35,285 nt of DNA from positions 1 to 35,285 of the forward strand of contig JANPEF010000113.1 in the NCBI GenBank assembly GCA_031431875.1. Reading direction: 5' to 3'. Origin of the DNA: Candidatus Eiseniibacteriota bacterium (lineage in GTDB: Bacteria > Eisenbacteria > RBG-16-71-46 > DASYSL01). Position numbers and translations under genes: made by a program. Positions 17,873 through 25,404 of the stretch are shown here, piece by piece (position 1 is the stretch's first letter; each line of letters starts with the position of its first letter). Below the pieces are notes generated by a model. The model was not told the origin of the DNA, made no database searches, and saw nothing but the letters and a program-made list of their open reading frames with translations.

Positions 17873-18075
17873 TCCGCCGGCGCCTCGGTCGCCTGCAACA
17901 ACGCGAGCAGGTAGAACACGGTGCCGAGCAGGATGAGCCCGACGCCCACGCCGGCGAAGACGATGAACGACAGCGGATGGAGGATGTTCAGCGTCACGGC
18001 TTCGACGACGAGGCCGAGCAGGCAGAGGAACGCCGCGAAACGGATGCGGCCCTCGACGGGGCGCCTTCCGGTCAT
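17869..18075 (-). CDS. small two-TM membrane protein (68 aa), unknown function
   Basis: MTGRRPVEGRIRFAAFLCLLGLVVEAVTLNILHPLSFIVFAGVGVGLILLGTVFYLLALLQATEAPAE; ATGA overlaps at both ends. Confidence 0.8.
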   Translation of the reverse strand: MTGRRPVEGRIRFAAFLCLLGLVVEAVTLNILHPLSFIVFAGVGVGLILLGTVFYLLALLQATEAPAE

Positions 18076-18692
18076 GGCCGGGCCCCCTTCCACATCTCGA
18101 GTTGGTCGACGTTGTGCACGTCGTGGACGAAGTCGTGGCAGCCCGACGACAGGCACGACAGCCGATTCGCCTTCATCGCCGCCATCGTCGTGTCGGTTTC
18201 GGCGTGGGCGTCGTTCCCCTCGAACGAGCGTGCGCCCGCGTGGCAGTGCAGGCACTCGCGGTTGTTGTAGGGCTCGTACAGCTTGATCGTGTCGGGCAGC
18301 GTGCCGAAGTAGTTGATCGCCATGTGCCTGAGGCCGCCGATCTTCGCCTTGACGTCCCCGTAGAGCGCGTACGTCGTGTGGCAGGTGAAGCACGCCTCGT
18401 CGACGTTCATACGATTGTTCTGCACGTGGCTGGCGGGGACGTACTCGGAGTCATCGATCTTCAGGCTCTTCCCGTAGGGCTCCATGATGTGGCACGAGAG
18501 GCAGAACTCGGTGCGCTTCGACTTCTCGACGTGGGCGCCGAAGCCGACGGCGAGCGCCAGTGACGGCAGCACGAACAGGGCCAGGAACGCCAGAATGCGG
18601 CCGCCGCGATCGCGGGTGATCCCCGGGCGCACGATGAACGCGAGCAACAGCACGGCCGCGACGGCGATCAGGCCGACGAGTTCGAAGCTCAT
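18072..18692 (-). CDS. NapC/NirT/NrfH-family (CymA-like) membrane-anchored tetraheme cytochrome c
   Basis: Two N-terminal hydrophobic helices; EFCLSCHIM (CxxCHxM), CFTCH, AKIGGLRH, CLHCH, and CLSSGCH (CX4CH) followed by VH; AAGGAG RBS. Confidence 0.88.
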   Translation of the reverse strand: MSFELVGLIAVAAVLLLAFIVRPGITRDRGGRILAFLALFVLPSLALAVGFGAHVEKSKRTEFCLSCHIMEPYGKSLKIDDSEYVPASHVQNNRMNVDEACFTCHTTYALYGDVKAKIGGLRHMAINYFGTLPDTIKLYEPYNNRECLHCHAGARSFEGNDAHAETDTTMAAMKANRLSCLSSGCHDFVHDVHNVDQLEMWKGARP

Positions 18693-18725
18693 GCGGGCTC
18701 CTTCCGGTGAGGGAACCGGGGACGG

Positions 18726-19148
18726 CTACTTCGTCGTCGTGGTCGTCGTCGTCTTGGTGTTGGTGGCCTTCGTCTTCTGCGCCTCGAGCCACGTCGCCAG
18801 CGTGGTCAGCTCGGCCTCGGTGCCGCGAAACTTGCGCGAGTGCTTCTCGCCCTTGATGGCCTCGGTCTTCATCAGGTACTTCGACATCCAGGGGGCCTTC
18901 CGCTCCAGCCCGACGGCCGACAGGTCCGGCGGCTTCTTCTCGGACTTCTCTTCCTTCGCGTCGGTGGCCTCGGCCTTCTTCTTGGCGATCGACTGCCCCT
19001 GCATCGTGTGGCAGGTGTTGCACTTGTTCTCGAGGAACAGGGCCTTCCCGTCCTTCGCGGCGGCTGCGGGCTTGTCCTGGGCGGCGGCGGCGGCCACCAG
19101 GACGGCGCAGGCGATCGCGGCGGCGGTGATGATGCGGGTCGTGGACAT
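18726..19148 (-). CDS. periplasmic monoheme class I cytochrome c, Lys-rich
   Basis: Signal peptide; DGKALF..NKCNTCH; PPDLS; C-terminal helix ELTTLATWL; GGAGG RBS. Confidence 0.88.
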   Translation of the reverse strand: MSTTRIITAAAIACAVLVAAAAAQDKPAAAAKDGKALFLENKCNTCHTMQGQSIAKKKAEATDAKEEKSEKKPPDLSAVGLERKAPWMSKYLMKTEAIKGEKHSRKFRGTEAELTTLATWLEAQKTKATNTKTTTTTTTK

Positions 19149-19229
19149 CGAGCGGCCTCCTCAGAGCGGGTGGGGACTCCACGATCGGCCGCGAACGCGG
19201 GCCTGTCGAGTCCTTCCTGTGATGGCTCC

Positions 19230-19246
19230 CGCAAGATCCGCACCGA
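19230..19246 (-). promoter_or_regulatory. putative sigma54 promoter of the cytochrome c-napC-kinase-regulator operon
   Basis: TCGGTGCG-GATC-TTGCG; same TCGG...TTGCG frame as the mtrA promoter. Confidence 0.45.
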
Positions 19247-19381
19247 TCGCACACCGCAAGCGGCAGCCCTGGGCTTTGCCCTTCCCGCCGGCGGCCAAAT
19301 GCCGTCTGGCCCATTCGTTGCGTCACTCCGCCGCAGGGACCAGCGCTTCCGGTCCGGACGGGACTTACGGCGTCCACACCA

Positions 19382-19394
19382 TGACAGCTTGTCA
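19382..19394. promoter_or_regulatory. palindromic regulator site TGACA-GCT-TGTCA in the divergent cytochrome c/hemN spacer
   Basis: Perfect 5-bp arms in a locally AT-rich stretch, about 140 bp upstream of the 19230 sigma54 motif and about 40 bp before hemN. Confidence 0.5.
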
Positions 19395-19433
19395 ATTTTA
19401 CAATCGACGCGGGCCATTCTGGCAGAGGGTGCA

Positions 19434-20834
19434 ATGGAAAGCCAGCCCATGAGGCGAACCCAGGACCTGATCCGGCGCTACGACGTGCCGGGTCCCCGGT
19501 ACACGTCCTACCCGACCGCGGTCTCGTTCCACACGGGCTTCGGCGAGGCCGCCTACCGCGCCCGGCTGGCCGGGGCTGACGCGCAGGCTGACCAACCGCT
19601 CTCGCTTTACGCGCACCTGCCGTTCTGCGAGGCGCGGTGCCTCTACTGCGGCTGCAATGTGGTGATCAGTCCGCACCGGGAGGTGGCGCAGCCCTACCTC
19701 GAGCGCCTGATCCGCGAGCTCGAGCTGCTCGCCGCCGCCCTGCCCCACCGCCGCCTTCTGTCGCAGATGCAGTGGGGCGGCGGAACGCCGACCTACTACG
19801 GGATCCCGGACCTGGCCCGCCTGTTCGCCGCCGTGAGCGAGCGCTTCAGGTTCACCGCCGACGCCGAGATCGGCATCGAGGTCGACCCGCGGGTCACCTC
19901 GCACGAGCAGATCGACGCGCTCGCGGGGCTCGGGTTCAACCGGATCTCGGCCGGCGTCCAGGACTTCGAGCCCGCCGTGCAGCAGGCGATCGGGCGGATC
20001 CAGAGTTTCGCGCAGACGAAGGAACTGGTGGAGCGCGCCCGCGCGGCAGGATTCCGCTCGGTGAACCTCGACCTCATCTACGGGCTGCCGCTGCAGTCTC
20101 CCGCGGGGTTCGGCCGCACGCTCGAGCACATGCTCGCGATCCGCCCGGAGCGCGTCGCGGTGTATTCGTTCGCGTTCGTGCCGTGGCTCAAGGGCCACAT
20201 GCGACGCATCGACGAGGCGAGCCTGCCGGGACCGGAGCTCAAGCTCGAACTCCTCGCGCTGGCCTATGACGCGTTCACTGGCGCGGGCTACCGCGCGATC
20301 GGCATGGACCACTTCGCGCTGCCCGGGGATGACCTAGCGAAGGCCGCCGACGCCGGCACGCTGGGCCGCAACTTCATGGGCTACACGGTGCAGAGCGCGC
20401 GCGACCTGGTGGGGATCGGCATCTCGGCGATCGGCGACGTGCAGGACGCGTTCGTCCAGAACGTGAAGAAGCTGCCCGCCTACTACGCCGCGCTCGATGC
20501 GGGCCGCTTCCCGGTCGAGCGTGGGTTCGCGCTCGACGACGACGACCGGATCCGCCGCTTCGTGATCGGCGAGATCATGTGCAACGCACGCCTCGACTTC
20601 GCCGCCGTCGAGGCGCGTTTCGGCGGTGCGTTCGAGCGCGACTTCGCCGCCGAGCTTGGCGCGCTGGGCGCGCCCGGCGGGCCGCTCGCCGACGGGCTGC
20701 TCGAGCGCGTCCCGCGCGGGCTGCGCGTCACCGAGCGCGGACGCCCGTTCGTCCGCGTCGTCGCGATGGCGTTCGATCGCCACCTGCGCGACGCGGCCGC
20801 GGGCGACCGCCCGGTGTTCAGCCGGACGGTGTGA
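19434..20834 (+). CDS. hemN: oxygen-independent coproporphyrinogen III oxidase (radical SAM)
   Basis: GPRYTSYPTA; CEARCLYCGC (CxxxCxxC); WGGGTP; IGMDHFA; RNFMGYT; C-terminal FSRTV; alternative start at 19449. Confidence 0.95.
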   Translation: MESQPMRRTQDLIRRYDVPGPRYTSYPTAVSFHTGFGEAAYRARLAGADAQADQPLSLYAHLPFCEARCLYCGCNVVISPHREVAQPYLERLIRELELLAAALPHRRLLSQMQWGGGTPTYYGIPDLARLFAAVSERFRFTADAEIGIEVDPRVTSHEQIDALAGLGFNRISAGVQDFEPAVQQAIGRIQSFAQTKELVERARAAGFRSVNLDLIYGLPLQSPAGFGRTLEHMLAIRPERVAVYSFAFVPWLKGHMRRIDEASLPGPELKLELLALAYDAFTGAGYRAIGMDHFALPGDDLAKAADAGTLGRNFMGYTVQSARDLVGIGISAIGDVQDAFVQNVKKLPAYYAALDAGRFPVERGFALDDDDRIRRFVIGEIMCNARLDFAAVEARFGGAFERDFAAELGALGAPGGPLADGLLERVPRGLRVTERGRPFVRVVAMAFDRHLRDAAAGDRPVFSRTV

Positions 20835-20844
20835 GGATGCGGCC

Positions 20845-22224
20845 ATGACCACGCCTGCCCTCTCGACCCCGCCGCGGCGCGTTGCCGTCGTCGGCGGCGG
20901 GATCTGCGGCCTGGCGCTCGCCCACCGGCTGCTCGATCGCGCGGATGTCGCCGTGTTCGAGGCCGGCCCACGCGCGGGCGGCCACGCCACGACGGTGCGC
21001 AAGGACGGGTACCTGGTCGAGGCGGGGCCGAACGGCTTCCTCGATCGCAATGCCGGGCCGCGCGAACTCGCCGCGGAGCTCGACCTCGCCGCCGAGCTGA
21101 TCGAGGCGCGCCCGGAGGCCAGGCGGCGGTACGTCGTGCGCGGCGGCCGCCTGCACCGCGTTCCGGATTCGCCGTCGATCCTGCTCACCTCCGGCCTGCT
21201 CTCGCCGCAAGGAAAGCTGCGGCTGCTGCTCGAACCGTGGGCGCGGCGGCGGCCGGCGGACCGCGAGGAGACCGTGCACGAGTTCGCGCAGCGGCGCATC
21301 GGCGCCGAGGCCGCCGACGCGCTGGTCGACGCGGCGGTCGCCGGCATCTCGGCGGGCGACAGCCACACGCTGTCGCTGCCGGCGGCGTTTCCGCAGATGG
21401 ACGCGATGGAGCGCGAACACGGGGGCCTGATCCGCGCACTCGCCGCGCGGCGGCACGGCGGCATCGGGGCGCCGCGCCTGCTCGCCTTCCGCGGCGGGAT
21501 GGCGCAGATGGTCGACGCGCTCGCGGCCCGCCTCGGCGGCCGGCTCCACACGGGCGCGCGCGTCGAGTGCGTCACGGCGGGCGCGGCCGCCGAGGCCCGG
21601 TGGCGGCTCGCGTTCGCCGATGGTTCGACGCACGACGCCGACCATGTCGTTTTCGCGACGCCGGCCCACGCGGCGGCGACGATACTCGCCGGACTCGACC
21701 CCGCGCTCGGCGGCAGCCTCGCGGCCACGCCCTACTCGGGCGTCGCTGTCGTCGCGCTCGCCTACCGGGAAGCCGACTTGCCGCGACCGCTCGACGGCTA
21801 CGGCTACCTGGTGACGCGCGGCGAGGGGCTGGCCACGCTGGGCGTGGTCTGGGAGTCGACGCTGTTCGCGGGTCGCGCCCCGGCAGGACATGCGCTCCTG
21901 CGCGTCATCCTGGGAGGCGCGCGCGACCCGTCCATTGCGACGCGACCCGAGCCCGAGGTCATCGCGCTCGCCCGCAGCGAACTGGCGCGGGTCCTCGGAC
22001 TGACCGCAAAGCCCGAGCGGACATGGGCCTTCGGGTGGCCCGGCGCCATCGCGCAGTACGTGCGCGGCCACCGCGAACGGGTGGCCCTGACGCGCGCAGC
22101 CATCGGGCGTCACGCGGGGCTCTCGCTGTGCGGCACGGCGTACGACGGCGTCTCGTTCGGCGCCGCGATCGACGCCGGGCGCGCGCACGCCGACACGGTG
22201 CTTGCCGGCGCGACGGACGCATGA
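20845..22224 (+). CDS. hemY: FAD-dependent protoporphyrinogen oxidase (HemY type)
   Basis: VVGGGICGL Rossmann motif; EAGPNGFL; RRYVVRGGRLH; GISAGD...LS..AAFP; DGYGYLV; AIAQY..GH. Confidence 0.92.
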   Translation: MTTPALSTPPRRVAVVGGGICGLALAHRLLDRADVAVFEAGPRAGGHATTVRKDGYLVEAGPNGFLDRNAGPRELAAELDLAAELIEARPEARRRYVVRGGRLHRVPDSPSILLTSGLLSPQGKLRLLLEPWARRRPADREETVHEFAQRRIGAEAADALVDAAVAGISAGDSHTLSLPAAFPQMDAMEREHGGLIRALAARRHGGIGAPRLLAFRGGMAQMVDALAARLGGRLHTGARVECVTAGAAAEARWRLAFADGSTHDADHVVFATPAHAAATILAGLDPALGGSLAATPYSGVAVVALAYREADLPRPLDGYGYLVTRGEGLATLGVVWESTLFAGRAPAGHALLRVILGGARDPSIATRPEPEVIALARSELARVLGLTAKPERTWAFGWPGAIAQYVRGHRERVALTRAAIGRHAGLSLCGTAYDGVSFGAAIDAGRAHADTVLAGATDA

Positions 22225-23189
22225 CCCGCCACGTCGTCCTCCTCACCTACGGCGAACCGCCCGCGGCACGCTTCATGCCGCAGCTCGCCTACTCGTGGCG
22301 CATCCTGTGGGGGCTCACGCGTCGCGTCGCCCCGATTCCGCCGTTCGTCCTGCCAATCATCGCGCTGGCGCGGGCGCGCTTTCGCGTCGGCCTGTGGCGC
22401 CAGCACGCGTACACGTCGCCGATCGAGGCGATCACCGGCGCGCAGGCGCTGGCGCTCGAGCGTGCGCTCGCCAGGGGCACGGACGGGCCATGGCGCGTGC
22501 ACGTCGGCTACGAGTTCCGGCAGCCCCTGCTCGCCGACGTGCTCGACGCGATCCCGGCTGGCGAACCCGTATCGATCGTCCCGATGTACGTCGCCGAGTC
22601 CGAGTTCACGCACGACATCGCGCGCACCCAGCTCGCGGCGCGTGCGCCGGTCGCGCCCGCCGCCGCCGCGCGGGTCGTGCCTGGCCTCGACGCCGAGGTG
22701 CTCGGCGAACTCTCCGCCCGTCACGTCCTGGCGCAGCTTGCCATTCGCGGCGTGACGCCGGGCGCCGACTGGGGGCTCGTCCTCGCCGCCCACGGAACCC
22801 TGGTCGATCCGCCGCGGCCGATGAACACGGGACGCCTCGCCACCGAGGCGGTCGCCGACGCGATCGAGCGTCGCCTGGCACCGGTGTTCGGGCGTGTGCA
22901 GCGCGGCTGGCTCAATCACACGGTGGGTGGGACCTGGACCTCGCCTGCGGCAGATGTCGCCGTGCGCGATCTGGTCGCCGCTGGGTTCCACCGCGTGGTG
23001 TACTTTCCCTACGGCTTCCTCGCCGACAACGCCGAGAGCCAGCTCGAGGGTCGCCTGCTTCTCGCCGCGCAACCCGGGCTTTCTGCCGTCGAGCACCTGC
23101 CCTGCCTCAACGAGAATGCCGACCTGGCCTCCGCACTGGCCGACGCTGTCCGGCGCACGCTCGACCGCCCGGCCAAAGGAGGGGCCTGA
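22221..23189 (+). CDS. hemH: ferrochelatase (divergent HemH family)
   Basis: VVLLTYGEP, SPIEAIT..QA.AL, VGYEF.QP, VPMY, LAAHG (catalytic His), W..P, GFLADNAESQLE, PCLNE; ATGA overlap with hemY. Confidence 0.8.
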   Translation: MTRHVVLLTYGEPPAARFMPQLAYSWRILWGLTRRVAPIPPFVLPIIALARARFRVGLWRQHAYTSPIEAITGAQALALERALARGTDGPWRVHVGYEFRQPLLADVLDAIPAGEPVSIVPMYVAESEFTHDIARTQLAARAPVAPAAAARVVPGLDAEVLGELSARHVLAQLAIRGVTPGADWGLVLAAHGTLVDPPRPMNTGRLATEAVADAIERRLAPVFGRVQRGWLNHTVGGTWTSPAADVAVRDLVAAGFHRVVYFPYGFLADNAESQLEGRLLLAAQPGLSAVEHLPCLNENADLASALADAVRRTLDRPAKGGA

Positions 23190-23194
23190 CCGCC

Positions 23195-24322
23195 GTGGAA
23201 CCCTATCGCCTCCTGTTCCCGATCGGCGCGATCTTCGCCATTGTCGGCGTCGCCCTGTGGCCCGCGCTCGCGCTCGGCTTCGGCGTCTGGCCCGGCGAGC
23301 TGCACGCCCGCCTCATGGCGCAGGGATTCGAGCTCGCGTTCGTCGGCGGCTTCCTGCTCACCTTCCTGCCGCGCGTGACGCGGACGCTCGAAGTCGTCCG
23401 TCCACTCGACACGGGACTCGTCGTCGGCTGTGTCCTCGTCTTCGGCGCCGCGGCGTGGATGAACGCGCCCATCGTCGCGCAAGCCGCGTTCGTTCTCGGA
23501 CTCGCCGTGCTGGTCGCGACGTTCGTCGATCGTCTGCGCCGGCGGCAGAACGATCCGCCGGAGGAAGTGTTCTTCGTCGCGCTCGGGATCGTGCTCGGCC
23601 TCGCCGGCGGGCTGGTGCAGCTCGCGGCCGCGCTCGGCTGGATCGTCGAGCCCGCACCGCGCTTCGGCCTGCGCCTGGTCTCGCTCGGGATGGTGTTGTC
23701 GATCGTGCTCGGGGTCGGCGCGATCCTCGTGCCCACGTTCATCGGGATCAAGGATCCGCTGGTGATTCCGAAAATCGCGGGGCCGCACGAGCGGGCCGGA
23801 CGACGCTTCCTGTACGCCGTGCTGGCCCAGCTGTTCGTCGGCGCGTTCGGGCTCGAGGCGCTGGGCCTGCCGCGCGCCGGAGCCCTGCTGCGCGCCTTCG
23901 TCGGCGCAACGATGCTGTTGTGGGTGTGGAAGCTGTGGCAGCTGCCGACGCGCGCCGGGACGACCGGCTGGCTCCTGTGGAGCGCCGGCGTCTGCGTCGG
24001 GCTCGGCCTCGTCGCCACCGCGCTGTGGCCCGCGCACGCGACCGGCCTGCAGCACCTCACGCTGCTCGGAGGTTACGGCTTCCTCACCGCCGGGATCGCC
24101 ACGCGCGTCGTGGTCACGCATGGCGGCCACGGCGTCGACGCGGAGCGGACGATCCTCGATCCCCCCGTGCTCGCGCTCCTCGCGCTCGCGCTGGCCGCGC
24201 GCCTCGGCGCGGAGTTCGCCGGCCCCGCCATGAACGGCTGGCTGCTGGTGAGCGGAACGGCGTGGTGCCTGGCGTGGCTCGCCTGGCTCGCGCGCATCCT
24301 GCCGCGGGTCCGCCGTGGCTGA
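23195..24322 (+). CDS. nnrS: NnrS-family membrane protein
   Basis: EPYRLLFP, LHARLM..GF..AF..GFLLT.LP, HL.LLGGYG.L...IATRV...HGG; about 11-12 hydrophobic segments; GTG start (in-frame CTG at 23186 also possible). Confidence 0.8.
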   Translation: MEPYRLLFPIGAIFAIVGVALWPALALGFGVWPGELHARLMAQGFELAFVGGFLLTFLPRVTRTLEVVRPLDTGLVVGCVLVFGAAAWMNAPIVAQAAFVLGLAVLVATFVDRLRRRQNDPPEEVFFVALGIVLGLAGGLVQLAAALGWIVEPAPRFGLRLVSLGMVLSIVLGVGAILVPTFIGIKDPLVIPKIAGPHERAGRRFLYAVLAQLFVGAFGLEALGLPRAGALLRAFVGATMLLWVWKLWQLPTRAGTTGWLLWSAGVCVGLGLVATALWPAHATGLQHLTLLGGYGFLTAGIATRVVVTHGGHGVDAERTILDPPVLALLALALAARLGAEFAGPAMNGWLLVSGTAWCLAWLAWLARILPRVRRG

Positions 24323-24344
24323 GTCGCCAACGCAGGAGGACACC

Positions 24345-24788
24345 ATGAAACTGCTCGTCGCCATCGACACATCCGAACACGCAAAGGCCGCGCTCGCCGA
24401 GGTGCAGCGCCTGTCCTGGCCGACCGACACGTCGGTCACCCTGCTGTCCGTCGTCCGCACCGACGTGTACGCGTTCGGGGACTTCTACGCGCCTGCCGCG
24501 CAGGAAATCGAGATCCTGGTGCGCGAGGAGAAGCAGCGCGCCGAGGCCCTGCTCACGGAGTTCGCAGGGAGGCTAACGGGTTCACGCCTCGGCGTGACGA
24601 CCCGCGTCGAGCATGGCGATCCGCGCTTCGTGCTGTGCGACGTGGCGAAGGAGTTGGCCGTCGATTGGCTGGTCGTCGGCTCGCATGGCCGGCGCGGCTT
24701 CAAGAAGCTGGTCCTGGGCAGCGTCGCGTCGCACGTGGTGACGCACGCGCCCTGCAGCGTGCTGGTGGTGAAGAAGTCGTCCGCCTAG
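24345..24788 (+). CDS. universal stress protein (UspA family)
   Basis: LLVAIDTSE, GDPR, VVGSHGRRG..KLVLGSVA..V..HAPCSVLVV; AGGAGG RBS. Confidence 0.93.
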   Translation: MKLLVAIDTSEHAKAALAEVQRLSWPTDTSVTLLSVVRTDVYAFGDFYAPAAQEIEILVREEKQRAEALLTEFAGRLTGSRLGVTTRVEHGDPRFVLCDVAKELAVDWLVVGSHGRRGFKKLVLGSVASHVVTHAPCSVLVVKKSSA

Positions 24789-25390
24789 GGGCGTCGCTCC
24801 GCCTCGAGAATACGCCGCACTTCGGCGACCTCCGCATCGGCCCAGCGCTCGGCGTAGTCCTCGCCGTCCATGAAGGTGCGTGTCTCCATGCGATCGACGT
24901 AGACAATTCCGTCCAGGTGGTCGATCTCGTGCTGCAGGATGCGCGCGTACCAGCCGTGGGCGTGGATCACGCGCGACGTGCCCGTCTCGTCGAGGCAGTC
25001 GACCCGCACGCCGAGCGCGCGGCCCACCACGCCGACGAAGCCGGTGAGACTCAGGCAACCCTCGAAGAAGTGCCCGGGCGAAGGATCCTCGACGGTGAGC
25101 ACCGGGTTGACGATCACGTGGAACGGCACCGCGTCGCGCGCGCGCGCGGCGCGGACCTCGGGATCGAGCCCCTCGACATTCTCGGGACGGTCCTCGATCA
25201 CCGCGAGGCGCAGCCCCAGGCCGACCTGCGGCGCGGCCAAGCCCACGCCCGGAGCGTCGCGCATGGTCTCGCGCATCGCGTCGACCAGTTCCTGGAGCAT
25301 CTTGTCCTTGAGCGCAGCGGGCTCGATCTCGCGCGCCCGCGCGCGCAGCACGGGATCGCCCAACTGAACGATCGGCAGGATGCGGGGCAC
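24785..25390 (-). CDS. def: peptide deformylase
   Basis: GVGLAAPQVG, EGCLS and QHEIDHLDG motifs. Confidence 0.95.
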   Translation of the reverse strand: MPRILPIVQLGDPVLRARAREIEPAALKDKMLQELVDAMRETMRDAPGVGLAAPQVGLGLRLAVIEDRPENVEGLDPEVRAARARDAVPFHVIVNPVLTVEDPSPGHFFEGCLSLTGFVGVVGRALGVRVDCLDETGTSRVIHAHGWYARILQHEIDHLDGIVYVDRMETRTFMDGEDYAERWADAEVAEVRRILEAERRP

Positions 25391-25404
25391 GGGACCTCCG
25401 GGGC

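Noticed and set aside
19381..19395. FNR box upstream of hemN
   Set aside because: ATGAC-N5-GTCAA has one base too many for the 5-4-5 FNR geometry; kept as a TGACA-N3-TGTCA site instead
21237..24322. Apparent long fusions (650-aa and 706-aa ORFs) involving hemH and nnrS
   Set aside because: The N-terminal parts are alternate frames of hemY and hemH; true starts are at 22221 and ~23195
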